From Eledone cirrhosa (Eukaryota): a stretch of DNA of 64,000 nucleotides. Below the pieces are notes generated by a model that was not told where the DNA came from, made no database searches, and saw nothing but the letters and a program-made list of their open reading frames with translations. Below are positions 1-14,154 of this stretch, piece by piece; the first letter of the stretch is position 1; each line of letters begins with the position of its first letter. The stretch is taken from the NCBI GenBank assembly GCA_964016885.1, contig OZ024745.1, forward strand, positions 37,200,001-37,264,000. Reading direction: 5' to 3'. The translations under genes were made by a program, and so were the position numbers.

Positions 1-480
1 CGGAGGGTTGGAAGAGTTGGAGGGGGAGACGGAGAGTTGGAAGAGTTGGAGGGAGAGGGGGGAGAGATGGGAAGCCACTTACAAGAATACATGTAGATGA
101 ATATTCTTGATGTTACATTAAAAGAAACCTAACATTTTAACATAATCCATGTGTGTAAAAGTATGTATGTTCAACGACGACTGCGTAATACTGATATATT
201 GATGCTTAGCACTAAATATATACGTGGGTGTACAAGTATAGTTGAATGTACACACACACATATATAAATACAGTTAAAGATAGATATAGGCAACAATATG
301 TTGTGTATATGTTTTATAAGTAGATGATAAAATCGAATAAAACATGAAGAACGTTCACCTCCAATATTTATACATCAATATATACATCACGTGGTTAGAA
401 GACGGCAGTGGAATTTGTCTAATTTGAGAATTGAATTGAATTCGTAACTTTTGCAATGTTTTTGCTACAGAAAATATTTC

Positions 481-839
481 TAATAATGATTTCTAGTATA
501 GGCACGAGGCCAGTAATTGGGGTGGGTGGGGGGGGGGGGGGGGTCGATTAAATCGACCTCAATGCGTGACTGGTACTTTATTTTATCGACGCCGTAAGAA
601 TGAAAGGCAAAGTTAACCTCGGCGGGATTTGAACTCAGATCATAAAGGGCCGTAACTCTATGCTGCAAAGCATGTTGTCCGACTCTCCACCGATTCTACC
701 AATCCACCGCCCTAAAATAGTCTAATAATTGTTTCTACATTTGGTACAAGGCCAGCAATTACCCAGTACATTACTGGTATTTTAATGTATCGACCCCGTA
801 AGGATGAAAGGCAAAGTTAACCTCGGCGGGATTTGAACT
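481..839 (-). mobile_element. tRNA-derived SINE family 1 (full copy 481-712 + partial 723-839)
   Basis: Sense has A-box-like TGGTAGAATCGG, B-box GAGTTCAAATC, central CTTTCATCCTTACGGGGTCGATA domain (Meta-type, from recall), (ATT)n tail. Confidence 0.85.
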
Positions 840-1255
840 AAAAAATAGTCTAATAAGAACAGAAAAAAAAATGGGCATCAGCAAGTGTGGAAATCGAATC
901 CACGCCTTATATATACAAACATATATGTATGTATGATCCATTCTATTTCTTCCTTCCTATCTATCCTTCGAGCCAACTCACTTCGAGCCACTTATTTCTG
1001 TCATTCGAGGTAGTGATTTAACCAACGCCGTTTCGATTTTTGCTGTTTTAACATCTTCCTTACACCGAGTTTTTCTATATTCCCTACGAATTCCAATACA
1101 CACGCGTTTCAAAACTCGATACTCGAGTTCATTTTCTTTATATATATTTTTATGTATATGTGAGGGGGTTGTATGTATTTATATACCATTTGTTAACTAG
1201 CAAAGCATTGGCAAATTTGAAATTTGATAATATAGTCGCAACAGAGCAGGTAGTT

Positions 1256-1439
1256 ATAATAATTGTTTCTACTTTTGGCACAAGGCCAGTGTATTACTGG
1301 TACTTTATTTTATCGACCCCGTAAGGATGAAAGACAAAGTTAACCTCGGCGGGATTTGAACTCAGAATGGCAAGGGCCGTAACTCTATGCGTCAAAGCAT
1401 GGCGTCCGACCCTCTACCGATACTGCCAACCCACCGCCC
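1256..1439 (-). mobile_element. SINE family 1
   Basis: High identity to other copies. Confidence 0.85.
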
Positions 1440-1658
1440 TGGTAGTTATAATAATAATTGAACATATCATCTCTAGGGATACTTTACAAGATTTATTCAA
1501 CTTTTATTTATTGTTGTCCTATATCATTTATAGTTTTCAACTATTATTTTGGTTATCTGTATTGTGGTGACTATAATATACGATGTACGGTTATATTTGT
1601 TATTGCATATACAACTTTCATCGAGTCTTCTCTAGATTTTGGTCTGTTCCTGTTTGTA

Positions 1659-1740
<82 letters not shown>

Positions 1741-2104
1741 GGAAGTACAGCATAATCGAAGCTCTGGCTGCAGCTAAGCTAACGAATGCAATTGGAATGT
1801 GCAGCAGCTAAGCACTCAATAAGGTATTTTACCTTAGAGTTATAACATTACGTTGTGACAGCTTTGCGAATTGAAGACAGCTACCGATAAGCCAGCCGCA
1901 GTGCAACGAAAAAAACTGACTCAGGAAAATATGGCAAACCTGGACCATCGCGTTGATATACAATATCTCCGCTAGGTTTTCTGTAAATCCGAAATCAACA
2001 AAGTTATTGGTTTTATTAGTTTTAGTTTCAGAAGGTCCCGTTAAGGGTGAAAGCAGCGATTCTTTGCTTAAACTTTAATCTGTTATTTTAATAAATATAT
2101 ATAT

Positions 2105-2169
<65 letters not shown>

Positions 2170-2181
2170 ATTTTATAGAAG

Positions 2182-2234
2182 GAGCTTCTACAGGACTAGT
2201 ACTGTTTCATTCAGATGAAATCTTCAGGAAGCTC
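2182..2234 (-). ncRNA. Type-I hammerhead ribozyme (family A, antisense twin)
   Basis: Exact reverse complement of 2237-2289. Confidence 0.85.
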
Positions 2235-2236
2235 AA

Positions 2237-2289
2237 GAGCTTCCTGAAGATTTCATCTGAATGAAACAGTACTAGTCCTGTAGAAGCTC
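2237..2289 (+). ncRNA. Type-I hammerhead ribozyme (family A)
   Basis: GAGCTTC-CTGAAGA-T-TTCA-TC-TGAA-T-GAA-ACAG-TACTAGTC-CTGT-A^-GAAGCTC; 7-bp stem I, GUA triplet. Confidence 0.85.
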
Positions 2290-2374
2290 CTTCTATAAAA
2301 TAAAATAAGTTTACTCTGCCATGTATTGAGTACCTTACTTACTGTGGTTATCCCCGACTCAACCCGGGACCTAC

Positions 2375-2447
<73 letters not shown>

Positions 2448-2774
2448 AGGGTTTTTTTTCTCGCTAGAATTATTGTGGAAAGTGTAGAAATTAGTGGTTT
2501 ATTTGAAATTTCAAAAATGCTAGCTTAAGAGCGACAAAAATATACAGCTTCGGATTAGTTTCAACTAATCTTTTGATGAAGGGATTTTACTCCGAAATTT
2601 AAGAACCTATTAAGAAATGTAAGAAAACATCAAAACAGCTTTCTTTTATTTTTAACATATACCGTCCAATTCAGATTGTAGCAGCCTTCAAATAAATCAC
2701 TATTCTCTTTCACTCACTCTCTGACACCCTCTCTCTCTAATTCTATCTCTCTTTTTCTCTCTCTCTCTCTCTAA

Positions 2775-2885
<111 letters not shown>

Positions 2886-2988
2886 CGTCTGTGTGTGTCT
2901 GTGTGCGAGAGAGAGGTATGTTACTGTTTAAGACCAGCAAGATCATTATTCAACTTAGTACTTTACTATTATGATTATTAGAATGCAG

Positions 2989-3033
<45 letters not shown>

Positions 3034-3624
3034 ATATATATATATATATTCTGAATATTTGCACCCCAATTAAAAGCTATACTATATCAATAAAATTTGC
3101 TCAGCGTATCCAGCTTTTGAGTCACAGAAACTGATAGTTATTGAACTGAGGTCAATGAACTAATTATATTTTTAATGGTATTGGATATAGAATATTTAGC
3201 TTCAGAGCATTTTATAAGTGGAAAATACTCAAAAACATAGTAACATAATGTACCTTTCGGAATGTCTGCATATATTTATCTAGAGGTTATAAGGACTACT
3301 AACCACAACAAATCTGAAGTGGCTTATTTTTAATCTCTAAAATTTAGCAAAGCTATTATAGAGTTAACTATCTTAAACTTTGAACCACCATAAGAAGTTG
3401 AATATCTATTAATAGTAGTTTTAATGATTAATGATATAACATCGTAAGAAATGATACTCGAATTTTGGAAAATGATGTAACAGTACAAAATTACATTTTA
3501 ACTGGATGCCCATCCAACTTACAATTCACCTAATGTAAATTATCTTCACCAGCTGGCTGGCCTCTTGTGGGAAGTAATTGACCTAAAAATATGATAATAC
3601 ACATTCCCGAATACCAATTGAAAT

Positions 3625-3750
3625 ATGTTGCGTTTATGTATTTGTTTTGAAGATTCTTGATGCGAAGTGGTGTGTTGAAACCGATATTGTTATATTTGGG
3701 GGTGGTAATGTTGCCAGTATTACCAATAAAAAGAAACACACGCCCCATAT
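3625..3750 (-). repeat. Diverged family E tail fragment
   Basis: GAAGATTCTT..GTGTTGAAACCGATATTGTTAT..AGAAACACACGC similar to 49930-50012. Confidence 0.55.
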
Positions 3751-4984
3751 GATTTTCATTTTATCCCCAATATAACAAAAATTGAAATATGCTTATGAGG
3801 TATCGTACTCTGCTGTAAGCGGAAATAATGTACATTTAATATTCAAAGCTATTCTCTAATTGTGAGACTGATTAGGATTCATACCTTTAACATTAACGTT
3901 AAAGGCATTTGAAAAAATGGAGTGGATTTTGGCTTGCAGAATTTGCTTAAACGGCCCAGCCCAATCAAATATTTCTTCCTGTACGAAGGACAGGACTTAG
4001 AATGATGAGATGCTTCATAATTGTCCTAATTTTTACCTGGCTTCACTCTTCTACATTTTGCTTGCTAAACTTTCTTTATAAGAATCAGTGCTAGTAGTGT
4101 AAAATACTTCTATACTTCTATATTAGAACTTGGATGCACTACTGATCCATCAGAAATTGTTCATTGTGAATATACCTTTTCAACAGAGCTCAATAGGTCT
4201 GAGATGATCGATTTAAGCGGGATTTTGATAAATCGATAATTAATATTTTTGTCCAAACGCAGTTGATTCCGTTCACAAGCCCCTCTCCCCGCCGATTTAT
4301 AAGTCCTCTTTCAGGCCATCTTTAAATGCAGAGGAATAACAGAGAAGAAGCGTTCATATGGAACTTTAGCATTAGATCATTAGCCAATTCTCATTGCTTT
4401 GTCTTTTGGTGTAAAAGTTTTATCTTTTGTAAGTTGATAATTTTGTTTTTAGGTTTTTATTATGTTTTCAACGGCACATTTTTAATCTTTAAATAAATAA
4501 TCTTGAATTGTTGTAGGATATAGAAAATCTTTCAAGCTTCTGATTCCATTGAAGCCACATAATGCACGGAATTTAGGATTAACTAGTTCAGGTTTAGTGT
4601 TATCTATAACTCGAATAGCCATGCATCTGTTTATTCAATATTATCACAATTTAAGTATTTATTAGACTATCTTAGTCGTATAAGTTGATTATTAAAGCCA
4701 TAAATTGTTATTTACAATAATTACATAAGTCCATATCAATGAGAAAGTTGAAAACTTCACTCAGCTATTATCACTGCCTGCCGTATTTCTCCAACTTTAT
4801 CTAAACGATACACAAACTGGTAGTCATTATGTGCAAGCATGCATCAAGTATGTAACATCATTAGCCTAACAATGATATTACAAAAAGGATAGATAGATAA
4901 AGGTATGCAGATGATGACTGACTGAATAAGTTTACTTGTTAATAATAAAATACTATAAAAATTAAAATGTTTGAAATATAGAAA

Positions 4985-5250
4985 TGTTCCAGTTGTTTGA
5001 TCAACGGAATAGTCTGCTCGTAAAATTCACGTGCAAATAAGTGGCTGAGCATTCAGTAGATGAGTGTAGTCTTAAGTTAATTACTAGTGAAAGCCAACAT
5101 AACATATTGTGTAACAAAGCTAGCCCCTTTGAATTACAGGTATAACTCGTTTTTGCAAACTAAGTGGATCTGGAGTAACGTGAAATAAATTTTCTTGCTG
5201 GGAATCTAACAACCTTACGATTGTAAACCGAACACCGAAACCACTCACTT
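4985..5250 (-). mobile_element. SINE family 2
   Basis: Same diagnostic blocks. Confidence 0.6.
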
Positions 5251-5769
5251 TTACAACGCTGATAAACTAATGTTATACCTATATTATATTTAGCAAAGAA
5301 TAGAATTGTTTTTCAGTGTATAAATGTATAAGTGTGCTCATTAGTTGACCAAGTTTGACAGCAGGAACCATAAGCAAGGTAAATAATGGAAACACTAAGT
5401 GATATAAGGAATATCAATTGAATACATATAAAAAGAACATGAAGGCACTGAAGAGAAAGTGACATAAGGTGGCTGATTAATTATTTACAAATATATGATG
5501 ACAACCTGCTGTACACCTGCATGCACAATCACATTCTGTACTAATATGTTTCACTATTCTAAGTGACAATGAGTATGTGTATTTATGTATATATCTCTGT
5601 GTGTAAATATGAGTATGTGTATTTATGTATATATCTCCGTGTGTAAATATGAGTGTGTTTGTACGTCTTTTTATGAGTGAGTAAGTGTATACATCTCTGT
5701 AAAGACTTGAATCCATCGTGTTTTTTACTCACAAAACCAAATGCGCTAGTATTGTTGTTTTATGGAAAA

Positions 5770-6140
5770 CAGCGATCGAAATCTGAGCCAATGCTACAAC
5801 TACACATACAAACATCATAGCTTACATTAAGAAAAAGTCCATCAACCACTCTAGCTCCGGGTCACATTCCGGCTTTCTATTCTCTTTTCCTTTTAAACCG
5901 CTACTACAGAAGTTTCTATTTCTCAGAGTTTGCTGACTCCGTGCCATATCCCCTCAGGCTCTCCCGAAAACTCGACTCTCCTACTCTCGTTACAATTATT
6001 GTATACTCCTAAGCACCCGTACAACTAACCCTATCTCTTCAGAAAGTCAGCTCTCTCAACTGCTCTCCCTGTCTATGATTCTGTTACAACTGTCAATTTA
6101 GAGCTGTTCAACATAAATATTAATCACATCGATCTCATCC
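5770..6140 (+). mobile_element. LINE ORF2 3'-end relic (CR1/Jockey group)
   Basis: LFLLNRYYRSFYFSEFADSVPYPLRLSRKTRLS. Confidence 0.45.
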
Positions 6141-6413
6141 ATCTCGAAGGGTCTGCGAAAATCATAAGCACAAGTCTTCCTCCAGACCAAATCATTAAAA
6201 AGAAAGGGATTCGTCACTCCTGATACGATTTAAAACATTTATACCATGACGAACTCAAATGGTTTCCTTTGAATACCGTACCTGCTTAACCTTTGAGTAC
6301 CCTAGGTTTTCATTGCAGAGTATTAGTTATTACTTCGCTAGATGCTTTTGCTGATGATTCCCGTTTATATAAAACATGTTTTCCGCATTTATTCACCATA
6401 TATCTCCGAAGAG

Positions 6414-6717
6414 TAGTGATTCCTAACGTGGGGCGCACGCTCCACAGGGGCGGGAAGGGGATTTGAAAATGATGCTTATGAGAGCAAACTTCACATTTTA
6501 CCCTATTACTTTTACACCAAGGCAAATTTGGAACAAATTATAGTCGGAAACCTCTGTCGCACCTCTTCCACGCATGTTATTGTGCAACTGGCATCACCCC
6601 TCCGCCAATTTGTTTACACTTTGTAGATGATCATGGCTGTTTTTATATCAAAGTGGGGCATAAAAATGTTAGAGATGTTGAGGTGGGACACGGGACACAA
6701 AAGGTTGGGAACCACTG
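6414..6717. mobile_element. hAT (Charlie-type) MITE
   Basis: TIRs TAGTGATTCCTAAC / GTTGGGAACCACTG; 8-bp flanks CCGAAGAG / CTGTAGAG (6 of 8 match, putative TSD). Confidence 0.7.
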
Positions 6718-8404
6718 CTGTAGAGTGACCATTAAAACGTAACATTGAGCTTATCTTGAAACGAAGTCAGGAATAAATGCTTGGAAACGAGGAAACACCA
6801 CTAAAATCATCTTAAGAACAGGCGATGATATTAAACCGATCATTCCTCTACATTCAACAGCTCCTCTCACTATATATGTTAGCTCTTATATTACATAGTG
6901 ACTAATAAATAGAGCCTGTGAATTACAGCACTCAGAACCACGCTCCCTTGCACTCATTTCAAAATGACTACGTTGTGAGAGGAGAAGACATAATTCGTTC
7001 AAATTTAACCTGAATTACTTTAGTTTACATAGCCAAAATCAACGACTGTTCCGATATGTATTGTTCATGAGCAGATTAATTCAGTTTTCTGAAGCCGTAT
7101 AAAGTTATGAATTTGGACCTCAAACGTAAACACACAACAGAAAGGTTAGTGACCGATTTAATTCAAAACCGCTAGCACTACTAGAGATACGAATATATAA
7201 TAGCTGTTGACACATGAAACGTCAAAAACAAAATTTTAATGTTATCAATTTAACTCAGATATAAATGTAAGTCAAGAAGAGATAAAACATAAATTTTGAT
7301 ATAACCCAAATATTTTAAATCTCAATAGAGGCACCATGTCATCTATTTGTAAATTTAAAAATGGTGGAAATGAATTGTAGAGAGGTAGTAATCTATGTTC
7401 TAATAAAATTATAGAATGGAATGAGCATCCGTCGGTTTTGTCGATGAGTCTTCCAGTAGTTCAATCCACGGAGTAGTTTGCTCACAAAATTAACCTACAA
7501 AGATGTTGATCATTCTACAGACGTGTGTGTCCTTAAAGTAATCTTCTGGGAGATTCAGTGGTGTGTTACAACTGCAGTCCATCCAACGGGCTTTTAGTTT
7601 TAGTCAAGCAAATTACACTCACAAGGTTCGAATTGAAGTTGTGATAAATGTCAATTTCCTAAAACGAAACGAGAACCTTTTGAAAGCAAAGTAAACTTTT
7701 TCTTTGTTACGCACACAAATAAAATTTGATAGCTCACAGGTGTGTTATTAGGAAGGAAACGAAACATAAAATCTTATTTGTTATTAGTGAAGTTTCTTAA
7801 GTTAAATCTTCATTAATAAACATGATGTTTGAATTGAAATATAAAATGTCATATGATGATAATTTATGCATTGATCAATCTTCTTACCTCCTTGAACTTT
7901 CAAATGATAATTGCCGTGACCTTTGCTTAAAGAATTTTTTCTTTTCAAGCAGGAGGAAACATTTTAACACATAAGGTTAAAAAGCTGGTTTCACCGTTCA
8001 TGCAGTAAAATATTATGTTGTTGATGCAGTTTATATTTGTGTAGCATTATCTGCAACTGTACATCACTGACAATGAACGGAGAACTATATAAATATTGAT
8101 TTATAAGATAAATTGTTTCTAGATATATGTCCGGTATGAAAATTAAAAGAAATTCTTTAAACGAAAATATATTTCTAAACATGACCTAGAGGTTAAGATG
8201 TCGGACTCACGATCATGAATTCATAGGTTCGATTCCTGGATTGAGAGACGCGTTGTATTTTTGAGCATAATACCTTATTTCACGTTGCTCCTTCTGATAG
8301 GACTTGCGACTGACTGAGAGTATTAACAATCAAAAGATCACGGGAAACATTGTTTCATTGGTCAGATCTGGTGATGCCCACTTTCCATGTCGTTCATTCT
8401 GTGC

Positions 8405-8451
<47 letters not shown>

Positions 8452-8588
8452 GATTGGTGCTCTGAAATAGCGATGTATACATGAATGTATGTATAGTATA
8501 TTTGGAATTAAACATACGGTATATTCCCAAATATACTATACATACATTTATATGTATATATGTATGTATATATATATATATATATATA

Positions 8589-8755
8589 TAATTGTTTCTA
8601 CTTCTGGCACAGTGCGTTACTGGTACTATATTTTATCGACTCCGTAAGGATGAAAGGCAAAGTTGACCTCGGCGGGATTTGAACTCAGACCATAAAGGGC
8701 CGTAACTCTTGGCTGCAAAGCATGGCGTCAGACCCTCTACCGATACTGCCAATCC
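8589..8755 (-). mobile_element. SINE family 1
   Basis: High identity to other copies. Confidence 0.85.
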
Positions 8756-9598
8756 TATAATGCGCTCCTGTTAGAACAGACCGTATATTAGAATATTTAA
8801 GATTGTAAATATTTAAGATTGTAAATAAAATAGAGTTGTTTTTTTTATAAATTAGAAGCTTTTTTTGTGCAAAAACTGAAATGTTACCACATAATCATCT
8901 AATGTGCACTGTGTTCAATCATAACTATTTAAAATATAATTAAGTACATAGTCAAACGTACGCATATCATACAACTTAGAGTGACAATTCCATCTATATT
9001 CTACATCCCGCTTGACACGTATAGTGTTGACATAGTCTGAATAATAGGGATAGTTATCTTCCTATGAGAAGACAGATATCTCCGAAATGCATAGAGGTAA
9101 GATGGTATGTTTTTTTCGGGTTAGAAAACTAGCTGACAGTGTTTATACTTCATTTCTTTTTACTGCGCAGCATCTTGGGCAAGTGATTGTATCATAGCAT
9201 CAGACCAATACAAGCCTTGTAGACGGCAACTGCGTGGAAGTATGTCGGATGGACTGTACTTGTAAATCAAAGGCTTAATATTGTTACATATGGTGTCACA
9301 CTGATTCAGCTTGGGAATTGCATTAAGGGTGCCCTTGTCTGTAGAATAGACAGCCGCTTACACTTAATTTAAGTGTTGGAAGTTCAACTGATCGAACAAC
9401 TGAATGCTCATCGTCGAAACCAACGGGTGATCCATCATCATATTAAACGCACAACAGATGTTGAATATTCCCATTTTGACCACTTCAAATCCACTTATCA
9501 AAATTTAAATTAATGTTATTGATAATCGAAGTTATGAATATTGAAATAAACATCTCTTCCAAACAGAAATATACATTAAATTAAAGGGTAAGAAAGAT

Positions 9599-9699
<101 letters not shown>

Positions 9700-9701
9700 A
9701 A

Positions 9702-9749
<48 letters not shown>

Positions 9750-9755
9750 TGTTTG

Positions 9756-9807
<52 letters not shown>

Positions 9808-10344
9808 ATATATATATATATATATAATTATATATATATATAATTATATATATATATATATATATAATTACGAAAATTAAATGAAACAACAAAATAAGTA
9901 GCTATCCGCAATTATGAATGTCTAATAACGATAGTGTAACATATTTAATGTAATGAGTATTAAAAAGTTAATTAAAAATAACCGTTCAATGAAGGAAACA
10001 GCTATGCTATTTTAATCAAGAAAGTTTTTCAGTCTGTATCAATCCAAGACCCCCGCCAGTTGGGAGATAATTGTTAGTTTCGTGGGCCTTAATGACACCC
10101 TCATCATTAAGACGGAACGCCAATTCATCGCAAGATTAACCCCTAACTGACCCTGCTGATCATTTGCTTTTTTTAACCTGAGTATACGAGGGTAGCCTAA
10201 AAAGTTCATAGGCTGACTAAGAAGAGGTGATGCCAGAGCTGTGAAATTTTGCATGCATTAATTTCAACTCTTCTTATTAATAACTATATATTTTTATCAA
10301 CTTATCCGGTTTCAGGATTTCATGACTTTCAAAAGTAGTGTAAA

Positions 10345-10590
10345 TTTAGCGTGTAAATGGCTAAGCATTCTCTGTACGTACATGTGAGCCCTTAATGTAG
10401 TTCTCAGAGAAATTCAGCATGATACAGTGTGTTTCATGACTAGTTCTTTGAATTACAGGATCAACAAGAGCGGCGTGAAATAAAGTGACTCGCTTATGAA
10501 CACAACTCATTACTCGGTCTGAGAATTGAGCTCACGACCTTACGATCGCGAGCTGACCATATCTACACATTATGCCACGTTCCTTCCAGG
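10345..10590 (-). mobile_element. SINE family 2
   Basis: Same blocks plus reverse-complement tRNA head CTCACGACCTTACGATCG. Confidence 0.6.
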
Positions 10591-11247
10591 CCTCAGGCTA
10601 ACGACTGAAAAAAGCAAAACCATAAAAGAATATATTTATCTTGCTGAAAGAATTATCTTTGTGTTTTTTTAAATATTTTTCACACTCAGTAAGTAGAGGT
10701 TGTACCAGGTAGTTCAGCCAGTTTTAATATTAAAAGTTATATATATTTATATATGCATAGGTAGGATCAAATTTGGTAGCTCTTTCATAAACTGATTACA
10801 TAAATTCACCGTGCTCTTTGTGTTGGGGGACTTGAAATGCACACACACATTTATATATATATATATATATGCATTTACACACACACACACACAGACACAC
10901 ATATATATATATATGCATTTATACATATATGTATATATATATATATATATATGTATATGCATTTATGCATATATGTATATTTTATATATATATATATATG
11001 TGTGTCTGTGTGTGTGTATGTGTGTGCGTATATAGTTATTCCGGATATATATGTCTGTGTATCCGTACAAAAAATAAAGTTAATGTAAGAAGGTTAATGA
11101 TGTTTAAGCGAGATTTTTATCATGAAAAGCTTTAATAAAAACTGTAAATGTATTGTTTATCATGTAGGATCTTTATTTCTCTCTAATTACCTCCAAATAA
11201 CAATATAATCAACTTCAAACAACAAGAAATTGAGGTAAACATTTTTC

Positions 11248-11329
<82 letters not shown>

Positions 11330-11562
11330 ATCTTGGTTTTCCGTCGGCTCCGACGAGCAATGTTGCAATTTTCAAACGTCCAAACAACTTCCACGTGGAA
11401 TTAGTCTGCAAGTGGCTGTTGATTCCACGTACACAAATACCTTTAACATAGTTCTTCGGGAAATTCAGTATAACAATGTGTGACATTAGTTGCTTATATA
11501 TATATAGAGAGAGAGAGGGTGGGGAGAAGGCTCCCCACCCTCTCTCTCTATATCTCGTATAT

Positions 11563-11672
11563 ATAAGCAAATGAATAAATGAATGAACGAGTTACAAGCC
11601 GTTAAAATAAGTCCTTTATATAAAGGACTTATTTTAACGGTTTGTGACTCCTTCATTCATTCATTTGCTTAT
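11563..11672. repeat. Imperfect ~110-bp palindrome
   Basis: Centred on TTTATATAAA at 11615-11624; a second hairpin lies at 11500-11552. Confidence 0.8.
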
Positions 11673-11842
11673 TCCCGCTCTCCTTAAACTATACGCTAAA
11701 TATTAACTTCCTCTAGTATTTAACCCTACTAACCCAAGCATAGAGCGCACCACGTTTCGGCTATTGGCATTTAGTATTCTGTATCGCACCTCTTTGCACC
11801 TTTATGCTTCATCCTCTCTTACGATACATAAACCGTATTATT

Positions 11843-12186
11843 ATTGGCAATATCGCATAGAAGTTACGGCCCTTGACATTCTGAGTTCAAATCCCGTCGA
11901 GGTTAACTTTGCTTTTCATCCTTACGGGGGTAGATAAAATAAAGTACCAGTAATGTACTGGGTAATTGCTGGCCTTGTGCCAAAAGAAGAAACAATTATT
12001 GGCAGTATCGGTAGAGGGTCGGACGTCATGCTTTGCAGCATAGAGTTACAGCCCTTTGTAGTCTGAGTTTAAATCCCGCCGAGGTTAACTTTGCCTTTCA
12101 TCCTTACGGGGTCGATAAAATAAAGTACCAGAAGTACACTGGCTAATTGCTGACCTTGTTCCAAAAGTAGAAACAATTATTATTAT
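11843..12186 (+). mobile_element. SINE family 1, head-to-tail dimer
   Basis: Two copies joined at ATTATTGGCAG (~12000). Confidence 0.85.
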
Positions 12187-13733
12187 ATATATATATATAT
12201 TGTATCCTGGTTGACAGGTACTATCTATCTCTCCATCTATAGGGTTGACCGAAGCTTTTTGAGTTAAAGGGGATAGACGGAAACTGTAGAAGCCTCTTAC
12301 ATGGATTGTTAACATTTTAAGAATCCTAGATAAGTGATTAGTGTTAGCTATCGTAAGATCGTGGATTCTATTCTTGGACTAATTTTACATGAAAATAAAC
12401 ATAGTATCACTATATAAATATATGAAAAGAACAAAAAAAAAAGAAAAAAAGCCGGAGAAAAATATGTTGCCTACCAAAAAGGTTATGGTCGCTGTTTTTC
12501 GGCTTTTAAGTAATAGAAAATGCACCTTCTCAGATTAAGAAGCTGCAAGCTTTTGTAGAATATATAAATTTCTTGTAGAGAATCAACTACAACTACTAAG
12601 AACGAAGTATATTTTGTGTCGAGGGAAAACTGTAAAGATAGGATTTTAAAGGTTGCTAATCTAATGACCTTCCATGAAGTGTTTTCTAAACACTTCTTGT
12701 GTATATAGATAGTAATAACCTACGTCGTCTGTTGTAGTTCAAGGGCAAATTAATTCTGTTTTATGAAAACGTATCAAGATTTGATGTTGGTGCTACATCT
12801 ATCCAACCATACATCTTCGATGGAGTTATAGAAGAATCCTTGCGATATATGGCTTGCCGTAAGCATTTAAACCTGGCAGAGATCATTCCTCCCCACGTCT
12901 GAACATAACCGAATTCTTCCCGAGAAAAGAGACAGGGAACAGGAAAGTGATATAGAAGAAGAATCGATCCCATTACTGAATTTATCAAATTCAAATGAAT
13001 GAAAGGGAAAGTTGAGCTCAGCGAGATTGGAACTCAGAGTGAAGAGAGCTAGAACCAATGTCACGAAACAGTCTATCCGGCGCCTTCGTGCTAACTCACA
13101 AATACAAAAAAATGAAAGGTGAACGCACTGATTATGAAGAGAAAAATGAACACGTAATAAACGTTGACAAAATGGCTTCAACTATGGAAAGTCAGACACA
13201 AAGTTTAATGATATCCATATATAAAGGAAAGCTAACAATAGATAAAATATATAAATACATAAGCAAAATAGATATAGTAATAATATATGTAGCATTCCAT
13301 CTGTTAGTATAGTTACACCATGGAAGGATGGTGTCTGTTCTGATTAAATAGTATAGATGGCGAATTGAGTGTTTGTCAGTATTTATTCTGACTCTCTGAG
13401 TTCAAATCTCGCCGCGGTCAACTTCATCATTTATCCTTTCGGCGTAGATAAATGAAGTGACAGTCAACAATTGTCTGTTTCTCCCTACCCGCTTTTGTTT
13501 TCTGAATTGGCTTTATGAAAAAGGCGGGGAATAAAGGAGCATTCAGATCGCAACTCGAACAATACTTTCACTACCACACCCTGTGGACACACGAAAGAAG
13601 AGAAAAAAGACTTAGCAGTATAGATCAATAGGGACGTTTTAGTAACTTTTTAAAGTTAATCTTTTTTTTAATAAACACAATGCTTGAATTGAGATACAAA
13701 ATGTCATAAAGATGCATTGACCGATCTTGTTAC

Positions 13734-14124
13734 CTTCTTCAACTTTAAATAACAGCTGGTGTAACATGTTTGAAGACATTTTTGTTTTCACACAGAAGCA
13801 CCTATTCAACCGATAATATCAAAATGCCGCTTTTGTCGATCAACCAATAATATGGCGTAGTTCGGTGAAAATGTACCCATCATAGCATAACTGACATATA
13901 ACCGAGAAGGAAACCAATATTGAGTACAGATCTAAATTGATCGGAAAAATTTCTTTGGAAAGTTCATTTAAATGGCATAAACATTTTCTACCTTTTGACT
14001 AAGCTCCATCGCTGAATATTTTAGGTATTATGGAGAGATGTGTGATGTTTGACATATTCCCAATTATATTACTTTAAATTAAACTGACAGGTTAAACATG
14101 GTATCAAAACACACGTTGACTCAC
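13734..14124 (-). pseudogene. Possible decayed Ig-domain exon (phase 1-1)
   Basis: ttgcag|GT GAG TCA.. reads GESTCVLIPC..YNWEY..DKSGI..C..LFKVEE G|gtaac, with stops and frameshifts. Confidence 0.3.
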
Positions 14125-14154
14125 CTGCAATTTACATTAGGACAATAAACATTG

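Larger units (their letters stand above)
2164..2375 (+). mobile_element. Fold-back hammerhead mini-element, family A
   Basis: Perfect inverted repeat 2164-2234 / 2237-2307 plus 68-nt unique tail; (TA)n both sides. Confidence 0.85.

Noticed and set aside
481-712. tRNA genes suggested by A/B boxes
   Set aside because: The boxes belong to SINE heads; no cloverleaf can be formed.
10183-10270. Mariner TIR-like start TATACGAGGG (also near 35572) and a hAT end near 41560
   Set aside because: No partner TIR found; too fragmentary to delimit.
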